Position numbers and translations under genes: made by a program
Notes under the pieces: generated by a model
Database searches by the model: none
Seen by the model: only the letters and a program-made list of their open reading frames with translations
Told to the model about the DNA's origin: nothing
Shown here: positions 9,288-18,372 of the stretch, one piece after another
Layout: each line of letters begins with the position of its first letter
How positions within the stretch are numbered: position 1 is the stretch's first letter
From: an uncultured Rudaea sp.
GTDB lineage: Bacteria; Pseudomonadota; Gammaproteobacteria; Xanthomonadales; Rhodanobacteraceae
Length of the DNA stretch: 40,745 nucleotides
Direction: 5' to 3'
NCBI GenBank assembly: GCA_964658115.1
Contig: CAZZYA010000003.1
Span: 1-40,745 of the forward strand

Positions 9288-9315
9288 GTAAGCGTACGGG
9301 ATCCCGTGCGCTTAC
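9288..9315. repeat. Near-perfect palindrome (REP-like or bidirectional terminator) after the cupin gene
   Basis: GTAAGCGTACGGG-AT-CCCGTGCGCTTAC: 13-bp arms with one wobble pair. Confidence 0.65.
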
Positions 9316-9383
9316 CGAAGGCACGCCCTCATCGCCGCCGCGACGCGTGCGAATCTTTACCCCTCTACATTGCGAACAATAGT

Positions 9384-9400
9384 TGCACTACAATGGTGCA
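9384..9400. promoter_or_regulatory. NtrC binding site overlapping a putative -10 box of ntrBC
   Basis: TGCACTACAATGGTGCA is a near-consensus NtrC dyad. It contains TACAAT (9389-9394) and abuts the ATG at 9401. Confidence 0.82.
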
Positions 9401-10429
9401 ATGACTGCCAGTCATCAGAATTTGTCGCGCTTTTCCGACTCTTTGGCTCATGCGGCGACCGGCATCGCCGTTATCGATCGGCGATATTGTTTTATCTACG
9501 CCAATCCGTCCTTCGTCGAGTTGACGCACGCATCCGGTTGGCGCGGTGCGCCACTGAAAATCGTCGGCGAGGGGGAGGCCGCGCTGGCGACGGTGATCGA
9601 GCGAGCGCGCGAAGTAAATGTTCCGGTCGTCGCGCGCAGTGTGGACGTGATGTTTGGCGGCGCGATGCAACGCGTCGACATCGCGGCGAGCATCCTGCCG
9701 GACGATTGCGTGCTGCTCGAGCTGCACGTACTCGGCGCGAAGTTCGATGACGGCGTGGCACCGCGCGTCTCCGAGAGCCTGCGCGGCCTCGCGCACGAAA
9801 TGAAGAATCCGCTCGCGGGATTGCGCGGCGCGGCGCAATTGCTCAAACGTCGCATCGACGATCCGGACCAGCAGTTGCTCGCCGATCTTGTAATCTCCGA
9901 AGCCGATCGGCTCAGTGCGCTCGCTGATCGTCTCCTGCATCCACGCGGCAAAATGGCGATGCGCGACGTGAATCTGCACGAAGTCGCCGAGCGCGCGCGC
10001 GCGTTGATCGCGGCGGAATCCGGCGCGGAGATCAAGCTCGATCGCGATTACGATCCGAGCCTGCCGGATGTGCGCGGTGACGCGGACGGTTTGCTGCAAG
10101 TCGTCTTGAATCTGATGCGCAACGCGCTGCAGGCCGGCGCGAAAACGATCACCGTGCGAACGCGCGCCGAGCACGGCGCCGTCGTCGGCGGACGTACGCT
10201 GAAGCGCGCGCAGCGCCTGGATGTCACGGACGACGGCAACGGTGTTCCCGACGAACTGCGCGAGTCGTTGTTCATGCCGCTGGTTTCCGGACGCGCGGAT
10301 GGTACCGGCCTCGGCCTCGCGCTGGCGCAAGAAATCGCGCACGAGCACGGCGGCCAGATTTCGTTCCGCAGCCGCGAAGGACACACCACGTTCTCGTTGA
10401 CGCTGCCTGCGGAGTCGCACGGTGGCTGA
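9401..10429 (+). CDS. ntrB: Nitrogen regulation sensor histidine kinase NtrB (PAS + HisKA + HATPase)
   Basis: PAS-like N-terminus, H-box LAHEMKNPLAGLRGAAQLL, RDYDPSLP, N-box NLMRNA, DDGNG, GTGLGL. Confidence 0.93.
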   Translation: MTASHQNLSRFSDSLAHAATGIAVIDRRYCFIYANPSFVELTHASGWRGAPLKIVGEGEAALATVIERAREVNVPVVARSVDVMFGGAMQRVDIAASILPDDCVLLELHVLGAKFDDGVAPRVSESLRGLAHEMKNPLAGLRGAAQLLKRRIDDPDQQLLADLVISEADRLSALADRLLHPRGKMAMRDVNLHEVAERARALIAAESGAEIKLDRDYDPSLPDVRGDADGLLQVVLNLMRNALQAGAKTITVRTRAEHGAVVGGRTLKRAQRLDVTDDGNGVPDELRESLFMPLVSGRADGTGLGLALAQEIAHEHGGQISFRSREGHTTFSLTLPAESHGG

Positions 10430-11819
10430 CATCTGGATCGCGGACGACGACGCGGCCATTCGTTTCGTGTTGCGCCGCGCGCTGCACGACACAGGCGCGA
10501 ACGTACACGAATTCGCCGACGCCGAAACGCTCGTCAATGCGCTCAGCGAGAACACGCCCGACGTCGTTATCACCGATGTGCGCATGCCGGGCGCAGGCGG
10601 CCTGAAGTTGCTCGAACTGCTCAAAGCACGCGGCGTTGCGGCGCCCGTCATCGTGATGAGCGCGTTCACCGACATCGCCGCGACCGCCGCTGCGTATCGA
10701 CATGGCGCATTCGACTATCTGCCGAAACCGTTCGACCTCGATCAGATGATGGTCGCGGTCGATCGCGCACTCGCCGAGGTGCGTCCGCCGCCGGCACCGT
10801 TGCCTCCGCACGAACCCGAATCGGAATTGATCGGTCACGCGCCGATGATGCGTGAACTGTTTCGCAACATCGGCCGTGTGTCGGCGACGGACTTGAACGT
10901 GCTCGTCACCGGCGAAACCGGCACCGGCAAGGAACTCGTCGCGCGCGCGCTGCATCGGCACAGTGCTCGGGCCGGCAAGCTGTTCGTGGCGATGAACACG
11001 GCGGCGATTCCGTCCGAACTGCTCGAATCGGAATTGTTCGGCCACGAAACCGGCGCGTTCACGGGTGCGACGAAGCGCCATCTCGGCCGCTTCGAACAGG
11101 CGCAAGGCGGCACGTTGTTTCTCGACGAAATCGGCGACATGCCGCTGACCTTGCAGACACGTCTGCTGCGCGTTCTCGCGGAAAACGAGTTCTATCGCAT
11201 CGGCGGGCGCGAACTGATCCATGCCGACGTGCGCGTCATCGCCGCGACGCATCAGGATCTCGACGCGAAAGTCGCGCGCGGCGAATTCCGCGCCGATTTG
11301 CTGCATCGCCTCGACGTCGTACGTCTGCATCTGCCGCTGCTGAGCGAACGACGCGAAGACATTCCGCTACTTGCGTCGCGCTTCCTCACGCGCGCCGCGA
11401 GCGACATGCGGCTGGATCCGAAACGCTTTTCGCCCGCCGCGCTCGGTGCGCTAACCGAAATGGGGTGGCCCGGCAACGTTCGCCAACTGGAGAACCTTTG
11501 CCGACGCCTCGCAGTCATGGCGCCCGGACGCGAAATTCGCGTGCAGGATCTGCCGCAAACGGCGCGCGCCATCGACGCGGGCGAGGCACAGTGGAAGGAT
11601 CCGTTGCAACGTGTCGTGCGCGAACATCTCGCGCACGGCGACCGCAAAATCTACGCGAGACTTCGCGCGGAATTCGATAAAACCCTGCTCGCCGCCGCGT
11701 TGGCGGAAAGCGAAAACCACCGTGGCCGCGCGGCTGAAAAACTTGGTTTAGGGCGAAACACGGTGACGCGCAAACTCGGCAGTTCACGACGTAAACGCGA
11801 AGGATCTCGGCATGACTGA
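10422..11819 (+). CDS. ntrC: Nitrogen regulation response regulator NtrC (sigma54 activator)
   Basis: GTG start overlapping ntrB. Receiver (ADDD, TDVRMPG, KPF), Walker A GETGTGKE, ESELFGH..GAFTGA, FLDEIGD, WPGNVRQL, HTH AAEKLGLGRNTVTRKL. Confidence 0.95.
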   Translation: MADIWIADDDAAIRFVLRRALHDTGANVHEFADAETLVNALSENTPDVVITDVRMPGAGGLKLLELLKARGVAAPVIVMSAFTDIAATAAAYRHGAFDYLPKPFDLDQMMVAVDRALAEVRPPPAPLPPHEPESELIGHAPMMRELFRNIGRVSATDLNVLVTGETGTGKELVARALHRHSARAGKLFVAMNTAAIPSELLESELFGHETGAFTGATKRHLGRFEQAQGGTLFLDEIGDMPLTLQTRLLRVLAENEFYRIGGRELIHADVRVIAATHQDLDAKVARGEFRADLLHRLDVVRLHLPLLSERREDIPLLASRFLTRAASDMRLDPKRFSPAALGALTEMGWPGNVRQLENLCRRLAVMAPGREIRVQDLPQTARAIDAGEAQWKDPLQRVVREHLAHGDRKIYARLRAEFDKTLLAAALAESENHRGRAAEKLGLGRNTVTRKLGSSRRKREGSRHD

Positions 11820-12300
11820 CAACGCAATCACCGTTCGCCTCGCGCGGCGTGGCGATATCGAAACGATCGTCGAATTCAACGCCGCGATGGCGTTCGAAAC
11901 CGAATCGAAGGTCTTGCCGCGCGACATGCTGCGCGCCGGCGTGACGGCGGTTTTCGATGAAGCGCGGCGCGGGTTTTATCGCGTCGCGCAAATCGGTGAG
12001 GAAATCGCCGGTTGCCTGATGATCACGTTCGAGTGGAGCGACTGGCGTAACGGTGACTGGTGGTGGCTGCAAAGCGTTTACGTGAAGCCCGAGTTTCGGC
12101 GCCACGGCGTTTTCCGCGCGATGTACGACCACATCGAGCAGGCCGCGCTGGCGTCGGACGACGTCGTCGGTGTCCGGTTGTACGTCGAAAAAGAAAACCA
12201 TCGCGCGCAGTCGACGTACGCGTCGCTCGGCATGGGCGAGGAAGACTATTTCATGTTCCGCAAAACACTGCGCGCGGACGTCAGGGCGGCGTTGGGCTGA
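11812..12300 (+). CDS. GNAT-family N-acetyltransferase
   Basis: EWSDWRNG, acetyl-CoA loop VYVKPEFRRHGV, RLYVEKEN..A...Y..LG; overlaps the end of ntrC by 8 nt. Confidence 0.88.
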   Translation: MTDNAITVRLARRGDIETIVEFNAAMAFETESKVLPRDMLRAGVTAVFDEARRGFYRVAQIGEEIAGCLMITFEWSDWRNGDWWWLQSVYVKPEFRRHGVFRAMYDHIEQAALASDDVVGVRLYVEKENHRAQSTYASLGMGEEDYFMFRKTLRADVRAALG

Positions 12301-13211
12301 TGCGTCTGCGTTTGACCGTCCGACTGCGCCACGCCGCCGGCGACGCGGTGCTGCTATTTCTGTTGCCGTGTTCGGTAGCGCTGCTGCCGTGGTCGATTGG
12401 GTTCCGTTTGCTACGACGCTGGGCGCGCATCCCACGGCTTTGGCGCAATGCGGTCGATCCTGCTTGGAACAACGCGAGACCGTATTTGCCGAACGCTGAC
12501 GAAACGGAATGGAAATTCGAACAGCGATTGTTGCGTCTGGTCGACAACACCGACAGCTACCTTACCTTACTGCGCAGTGACCGATGGTGGGCGAAACACG
12601 TCGATGTGATCGGCGAATGGCCAACGCCCGGCGCGCGCGTTTTCCTGACCTATCACTGGGGCGCCGGGCATTGGATCTGGCGTTTTTTGCGCGCGCATGG
12701 ATTCGACGCGGGATTCGTCGCGCGCCGAGCGGAAGGACGGTCGCTGGGAATGGGTCGTGTGTCGCACGCGTATGCCGCCTTTCGCGGATGGGCAATGCGG
12801 CGGATCGGCAGTCGCGGTCCGCTGTTCGTCGGCGCGGGCAAGTCGGCGTTGCGCGACGATCTCGACGCCGGCGCAAGCGTGGTCGGTATGCTTGATTTGC
12901 CCGCGCATCCGCGACAACGCGCGATCGCATTGCCGCTGTTCGGCCGCACGGCGTTGTTACCGACCGGACTGGCGCAACTTGCCATCGATGCGCGCTGTCC
13001 GGTCACGCTGTTCAGCGCCGGACTCGATCCACGAACCGGACGCCGCACGTTACGCATCGAATCGTGGCCACAGGGTTTTTCGCTCGACGACATCATGCAG
13101 CGCTACGCCGCGCATCTTGACGCGCGGTTGCGCGAGCGGCCGGCGTTCTGGCAAATCTGGCGCGATGCGTCGGCGATTTTCGTCGAGCGCAGCGACGATC
13201 AGGTGTTATAG
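12300..13211 (+). CDS. LpxL/LpxP-like (lipid A late acyltransferase superfamily) protein, divergent
   Basis: TGATG overlap; N-terminal hydrophobic anchor. FLTYHWG, GMLD.P, LFGR.A..P.GLA.LA....PV and ERPAFWQIW resemble LpxL-family blocks. Confidence 0.65.
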   Translation: MRLRLTVRLRHAAGDAVLLFLLPCSVALLPWSIGFRLLRRWARIPRLWRNAVDPAWNNARPYLPNADETEWKFEQRLLRLVDNTDSYLTLLRSDRWWAKHVDVIGEWPTPGARVFLTYHWGAGHWIWRFLRAHGFDAGFVARRAEGRSLGMGRVSHAYAAFRGWAMRRIGSRGPLFVGAGKSALRDDLDAGASVVGMLDLPAHPRQRAIALPLFGRTALLPTGLAQLAIDARCPVTLFSAGLDPRTGRRTLRIESWPQGFSLDDIMQRYAAHLDARLRERPAFWQIWRDASAIFVERSDDQVL

Positions 13212-13915
13212 CCCTTGTACAGCGTATTGTGCGCGGGACGAACTTCGTCGTCCGGACGCTGCGTTGTATAAAAGTATAATGCGATCGATTGGCGGTAGAT
13301 TCCATCCGGCGCCGACCACGGGTTCGGATGCCCGTGGAACGTATCCGAGCGCGTCGAGAAGATCACGGCGCGATTGAAATTCGGTTCGATTCGACGCACC
13401 AACCGTGTTGCGGTCGTGTCCCACAATTCGAGCTCGCCACCGTATTCGCTGCGCCAGTTCGGCGTGAGATAAACGAGCAGATTCAGCCGGCGATGCGCTG
13501 CGATTTTTTCGTGCCAGTTGAAGTCGGCATGAATGCCGAGCACGCCGCCCTGTTTCGTCAAATGCATACCGCCCCCAAGCAGGTGCGGATCGGGCAGCAG
13601 ATGTTCGATGCCGGTCAGCTTTTCGAGGAATCGCACGAACGGTCCGCCGTTCATCTGATGAATGGCTTCACGCACCGGCTCGGGAAAACGCGTCTCGTCG
13701 CCGCAGCCGAGCTTCACTTCGAGGCCGGGTGCGGCGTAGTGATCCCACGCCACCGGGTCACCCGGTTTCGGGAAAACGGGCGCGAGCTTTTCGGCCGCGG
13801 CGGGATCGAGAAAATCGTCGATGACCGCGTGCGGATACGGATCGGCGTTGCGATACGCATCACAGTGTTCAGCGGCGAGCCGGTCGAGTCTGTCCAGATC
13901 GAAAACGTAAGGCAT
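13199..13915 (-). CDS. 2OG-Fe(II) oxygenase (prolyl-4-hydroxylase-like)
   Basis: PYPH.VIDDFL, GGGMH, HADFN (HxD), GGELELW, FNRAVIF, distal FHGH, RQS (RxS). Confidence 0.88.
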   Translation of the reverse strand: MPYVFDLDRLDRLAAEHCDAYRNADPYPHAVIDDFLDPAAAEKLAPVFPKPGDPVAWDHYAAPGLEVKLGCGDETRFPEPVREAIHQMNGGPFVRFLEKLTGIEHLLPDPHLLGGGMHLTKQGGVLGIHADFNWHEKIAAHRRLNLLVYLTPNWRSEYGGELELWDTTATRLVRRIEPNFNRAVIFSTRSDTFHGHPNPWSAPDGIYRQSIALYFYTTQRPDDEVRPAHNTLYKGYNT

Positions 13916-14007
13916 ACAATAGGCGCTTGTCAGGCGTTCATCGACGCTTGCATGAGCGCGGCATCATATCAGCACGCCGCGACACACCGACTTCAAAAGG
14001 TGCAGAC

Positions 14008-15291
14008 GTGAGCACGACGCAACGCGTGGCGATCCTCGGCGGCATCCGCATTCCCTTCTGTCGAAACAATACGGCGTACATGGACGTCGGCAACTTCGGC
14101 ATGTCAGTGAAAACCCTGGGTTCGCTGGTGGAGAAGTTCGACCTGCACGGCGTCGAACTCGGCGAAGTAGCGTGGGGCGCGGTGATCAAGCATTCATCGG
14201 ACTGGAACCTCGCCCGCGAAGCGACGTTGTCGTCTGGACTCGCGCCGACCACGCCGGGCATCACGACGGCGCGTGCGTGCGGCACGTCGCTCGACAACGC
14301 GATCATCATCGGCAACAAGATCGCGACGGGCCAGATCGACGCCGGCATCGCGGGCGGTTCCGACACGACCAGCGATGTGCCGATCGTCTACGGCCGCGCG
14401 TTGCAGCAGCGATTGCTCAGCATCAATCGCGCGAAGTCGCCGATGGATAAGGTCAAGGCGGCACTGCGCGGATTTTCGTTCGGCGAATTGAAACCGAGTT
14501 TTCCGGGCGTGGCAGAACCGCGCACGGGAATGTCGATGGGCGATCACTGCGAACTGATGGCCAAGCAATGGCACGTCTCGCGCGAGGATCAGGACAAGCT
14601 TGCGCTGGCGAGTCATCAAAAGGCCGCGGCGGCGTATGAGCGCGGTTTCTTCAAGGATCTGGTCGTCCCGTTTCGGGGGCTGGATCGCGACGGTTTTCTT
14701 CGTCCGGACAGCACGCTCGAAAAACTCGGTGCGTTGAAACCGGCGTTCGACAAAACATCCGGACAAGGCACGCTGACCGCCGGCAATTCGACCGGTTTGT
14801 CCGACGGCGCATCCGCGGTGTTACTCGCCAGCGATGCGTGGGCGGCGAAACGCGGATTGAAAGCGCAGGCGTATCTCACTGCCGCGCAAATTGCCGCCGT
14901 CGATTTCGTGCACGGCGAAGGATTGCTGATGGCGCCGACCATCGCCGTGCCGCGCATGCTCGCCGCCGCCGGACTTACGCTTGCCGACTTCGATTTCTTC
15001 GAAATCCACGAAGCGTTCGCCGCGCAGGTGCTGTGCACGCTGCGTGCGTGGGAAAGCGCGGACTACTGCAAGAACCGGCTCGGTCTGGACAAGCCGTTCG
15101 GTTCGATCGATCCGGCCAAACTCAACGTCAACGGATCGAGCCTCGCGCTCGGCCATCCGTTCGCGGCGACGGGCACGCGCATCATCGCGACGCTGGCGAA
15201 AATGCTGGCGGAAAAAGGATCGGGACGCGGTCTGATTTCGATCTGCACCGCCGGCGGGATGGGTGTCACGGCCATCGTCGAGCGGCCGTGA
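14008..15291 (+). CDS. Acetyl-CoA C-acyltransferase (thiolase, FadI-like)
   Basis: GTG start after AAAGG. Catalytic ACGTS, TAGNST..SDGAS, HEAFA, GHPFAATG, ICTAGG. Confidence 0.93.
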   Translation: MSTTQRVAILGGIRIPFCRNNTAYMDVGNFGMSVKTLGSLVEKFDLHGVELGEVAWGAVIKHSSDWNLAREATLSSGLAPTTPGITTARACGTSLDNAIIIGNKIATGQIDAGIAGGSDTTSDVPIVYGRALQQRLLSINRAKSPMDKVKAALRGFSFGELKPSFPGVAEPRTGMSMGDHCELMAKQWHVSREDQDKLALASHQKAAAAYERGFFKDLVVPFRGLDRDGFLRPDSTLEKLGALKPAFDKTSGQGTLTAGNSTGLSDGASAVLLASDAWAAKRGLKAQAYLTAAQIAAVDFVHGEGLLMAPTIAVPRMLAAAGLTLADFDFFEIHEAFAAQVLCTLRAWESADYCKNRLGLDKPFGSIDPAKLNVNGSSLALGHPFAATGTRIIATLAKMLAEKGSGRGLISICTAGGMGVTAIVERP

Positions 15292-15312
15292 CGGTTTTTC
15301 AGATCGAGTCGA

Positions 15313-15876
15313 TCAGGAAAACTTGAACGCCGGCGCCCACGAGCTCGACGGCGCATACGAACCGCGCCGCGAACGCATGCGTGCTTGAAGTTCCGCACGA
15401 CGGCCTTCGAGCCAGCCGGCGCGATCCAGGTCGCTCGTTGCTTCGCCACGACGCGCGGCTTCCTGGCTGCGATAGCCGCAAAAATCCGCGTACGCATCGA
15501 TCTCAGGCTGCAGCACGCGCTGCACGACTTCGATCATGATCGCGTCGTCAAGAAAACCGAGCACCGGCACGTTGTCGGGAATGAGGTCTTCCGGATCGGC
15601 GAAGTACGTGAGCGCAGAAATGATGCGGCTGCGATCTTCATCGGCCAAGCCCCAGCCCACGTCGCGCGCCATTGCGATCAGATTGCTGACACCCGACAGG
15701 CGCGTGCTGACGAACTCCGGCATCTTGGTGGTCGAAGCGGTCGCGAACGTTTTCTCGGCTTCGTCCAAAATCTGTTCGGCGGTTTTCGCGGATGCACGCT
15801 CCTCAGCGCGCTTCATGGCGTCCATGAAGACGGGCAGGTCGTCGTCCTGGATGGTGATGGTGAACTCGAGAGCCAT
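15313..15876 (-). CDS. YkvA family (DUF1232) protein
   Basis: Signature ALTYF.DP.DLIPD.VP.LGFLDDA. Confidence 0.85.
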   Translation of the reverse strand: MALEFTITIQDDDLPVFMDAMKRAEERASAKTAEQILDEAEKTFATASTTKMPEFVSTRLSGVSNLIAMARDVGWGLADEDRSRIISALTYFADPEDLIPDNVPVLGFLDDAIMIEVVQRVLQPEIDAYADFCGYRSQEAARRGEATSDLDRAGWLEGRRAELQARMRSRRGSYAPSSSWAPAFKFS

Positions 15877-15947
15877 GGGCGCATCCGCTGTGCGAGTAGG
15901 GAGTAGCGCAGCCTAGCCAGCCTCGGCGGGCGCGTCAATCCGACCAT

Positions 15948-17765
15948 CTAGAGAATCGACTGCAGCCCGGCGCCGAACGCGGTGACGATGCGCGTGTAGA
16001 TGGATTTCAGCGGCAGATCCACTTCAGGAAAATCGCCAACGTCTTCGTAGCACGCATAAAAGTCCGGATCTTGCGGACGCAGCGGCGCGCAGCCGGTCTT
16101 GATCTCGAAACTCGACGCGTAACGGAACGGCCACAAATCGAACACGGGCAACGCGGCGGAGAGATCGCCGATTCGGGCGTTTATACGGCTGATCCAGCCG
16201 CGCCGTTGGCGGCGCGCGATGGTCCATGCGTTGTCGGGTTCGGAGTCGCGCAGGATCGCGTCGCGCACCTGCGCGGTGAACGTGCGATCGCGGATGATGA
16301 AACCCGCTTCCGTATTGTAGTGATCCGATCGCGGATCGAAGTTGTGCGAACCGATCAATGCGATTTCGCCATCGATCAGAATGGTCTTCGCATGCAGGCT
16401 CACGCGCACGCCGCCGTGGCTTAGCGGCGGCTTGCTGTAGCGACTGAGTTTGCCGGATGGCGAAGCTGTTTCGGTGGGGCCTAGCGTCGCGTAGTTTGCG
16501 ATCAGTTCCGATGCTTCGGCCGGAAAAGGCTTGAGTTCGTGGATTTCGAAACCGAACTTCAAATAGCGTTTTTTATATTTGTACGACAACGCGTAGACGA
16601 CGAACGCATCGGTCGCGGCCAGCGAATTGGTCGAAACGACAATGCGCAGATTTGGGCGCTGTTTGCGCTGCTGACGAAACACATCCTGTGCGGTTTTGCT
16701 GAGCACGAGGTAGGGCGTCTGAAGAACGATCTCGTGCTGCGCGCTCCGCAACAGTTCGAGGATATGGCCGCTCAACGGTGTGCTCTGCGGCTGCGCATCG
16801 CCGCGTTTGTTCGGCGCATCGGAAAAATATTCGACATCGCCGACACGCATCGTTTCCTGCGCGAAATTCGCGTCGATGTAATCCGTATCGTCCGCACGGC
16901 GCGACAGCGACTCCACGCGCGCTACGTTTTTATAGGCGTGTTGCGCATAGGCCGCACCGGCGAGTCCATCGTCGAGAATGCGGTGCGACACATCGCGCAG
17001 CCGACTCAGCGCGACGCTATTTTCATTGCGCCAAAACGCATCGAACGATTCCTGCATTGCCGCTCCGGCAGGACCGGCGACGAGGACGTCACGGTCGCGG
17101 TAGTCGAATTCGTCGTCCCAGTCGAAATAACGGTTTTGATAATTGCGTCCGCCCGCAATGCCGATTTCACCGTCTATCAGTAACAGTTTGTTGTGCATGC
17201 GCTGATTGAATTCGGCGAAGCAGCACAAAATGCCCATCGCGAATTCGAGAGGTGGCGTGCTCGCCTTGTGGAAAGTCGGGTTGTACACACGCAATTCGAA
17301 GTCGACGTGCGCGCGTGCGAGTTGCGCGAGCAGTTCGATGTCGTCGAGCGAAAAAAGCTGGTCGACGATCACGCGGACTTTGACGCCGCGCCGCGCGGCC
17401 TTGACCAGTTCGTCGAGCATCAGGAAACCCGCATCGTCCTCCGCGAAAATGTAGGTCTGAACATCAATGCTGCGCCGCGCGCCGCGGACGAGATGAATGC
17501 GCAGCAGCAATGCATCCTCGCCACGGTCGAGCAGTTCGACGTAATGCACCGGCGCGGTCGGTCGCGACTCGGCGAGCGCGCGTTCGGCCAGCGCATGAAA
17601 CGGCGACGCGTGCGCGCATGCGGTGGGCGCGGCGCATTCGACGTTCGTTGCTTGTGCGGCTGTCGCTGTGGCGAGCGCGCGTCGCGCGTGCAACCGGTCG
17701 ACCGCGCAACCCGCGCTGCAAACACACAAAAACAAGGCGCAAAGTACGCCGAACCTTACGCGCAT
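15948..17765 (-). CDS. Phospholipase D family protein (ClsC-like), probable lipoprotein
   Basis: Two HKD motifs (HNKLLLIDG...GGRN; HAKTILIDG...GSHNFDPRS); N-terminal signal ending in SAGC. Confidence 0.9.
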   Translation of the reverse strand: MRVRFGVLCALFLCVCSAGCAVDRLHARRALATATAAQATNVECAAPTACAHASPFHALAERALAESRPTAPVHYVELLDRGEDALLLRIHLVRGARRSIDVQTYIFAEDDAGFLMLDELVKAARRGVKVRVIVDQLFSLDDIELLAQLARAHVDFELRVYNPTFHKASTPPLEFAMGILCCFAEFNQRMHNKLLLIDGEIGIAGGRNYQNRYFDWDDEFDYRDRDVLVAGPAGAAMQESFDAFWRNENSVALSRLRDVSHRILDDGLAGAAYAQHAYKNVARVESLSRRADDTDYIDANFAQETMRVGDVEYFSDAPNKRGDAQPQSTPLSGHILELLRSAQHEIVLQTPYLVLSKTAQDVFRQQRKQRPNLRIVVSTNSLAATDAFVVYALSYKYKKRYLKFGFEIHELKPFPAEASELIANYATLGPTETASPSGKLSRYSKPPLSHGGVRVSLHAKTILIDGEIALIGSHNFDPRSDHYNTEAGFIIRDRTFTAQVRDAILRDSEPDNAWTIARRQRRGWISRINARIGDLSAALPVFDLWPFRYASSFEIKTGCAPLRPQDPDFYACYEDVGDFPEVDLPLKSIYTRIVTAFGAGLQSIL

Positions 17766-18358
17766 CAGGAACCGCGAGCCGGATCGGTGTCTTCGACAGC
17801 ATGCCTGTCGACGAAGGCGGAGAATCGCAATTGCACTTTGTCCGACAGCGCACCGCGGCGCGACTGCATGCCGAATTCGCTACGGTAGATCGAACCCCAC
17901 GCTTCGACGGCGCACTCGCCTTGCAGTGGATCGGCGCAATCGGCCGCATCGATGGTGAGGTGCACCGGATGTTCGATGCCGCGCAGCGTCAGCATGCCGT
18001 CGAGATCGCCGCCGTGGCTCATTCGAACGATCGGAAAGCTGCCGGAGACGAAGTGGATTTTCGGAAACTGCGCCGAATCGAAGAACTCGTTCGACTTCGC
18101 CCAGATTTCGTAACTGTGCGTGCGCATGTGCAGCTCGTTCGTATCGATTTCGGCATCGACCTTCGCCGTGCCGCGAAAAACGTCGACGCTGAGTTTGCCT
18201 TTGACCAATCCGAAATCGCCGCGAATTCCGACGAGCCACATCACTTTCACGTCGAACTCCGCGTGCGAGCGCGCCGAGTCGATGAGGTAGTCCTGCGCAT
18301 GCACGCCCGCCGCCGGGAGCACCGCGCAGAGAAGCAACCATCGGTGCACGCGGCGCAT
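17765..18358 (-). CDS. YceI family periplasmic lipid/isoprenoid-binding protein
   Basis: Signal peptide (…AGVHA), YLID..RS...F.V, G.F, FFD..QFPKI.F.S, G.LTLRG, RSEFGM. Confidence 0.88.
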   Translation of the reverse strand: MRRVHRWLLLCAVLPAAGVHAQDYLIDSARSHAEFDVKVMWLVGIRGDFGLVKGKLSVDVFRGTAKVDAEIDTNELHMRTHSYEIWAKSNEFFDSAQFPKIHFVSGSFPIVRMSHGGDLDGMLTLRGIEHPVHLTIDAADCADPLQGECAVEAWGSIYRSEFGMQSRRGALSDKVQLRFSAFVDRHAVEDTDPARGS

Positions 18359-18372
18359 GCGACAGCGCGTGA

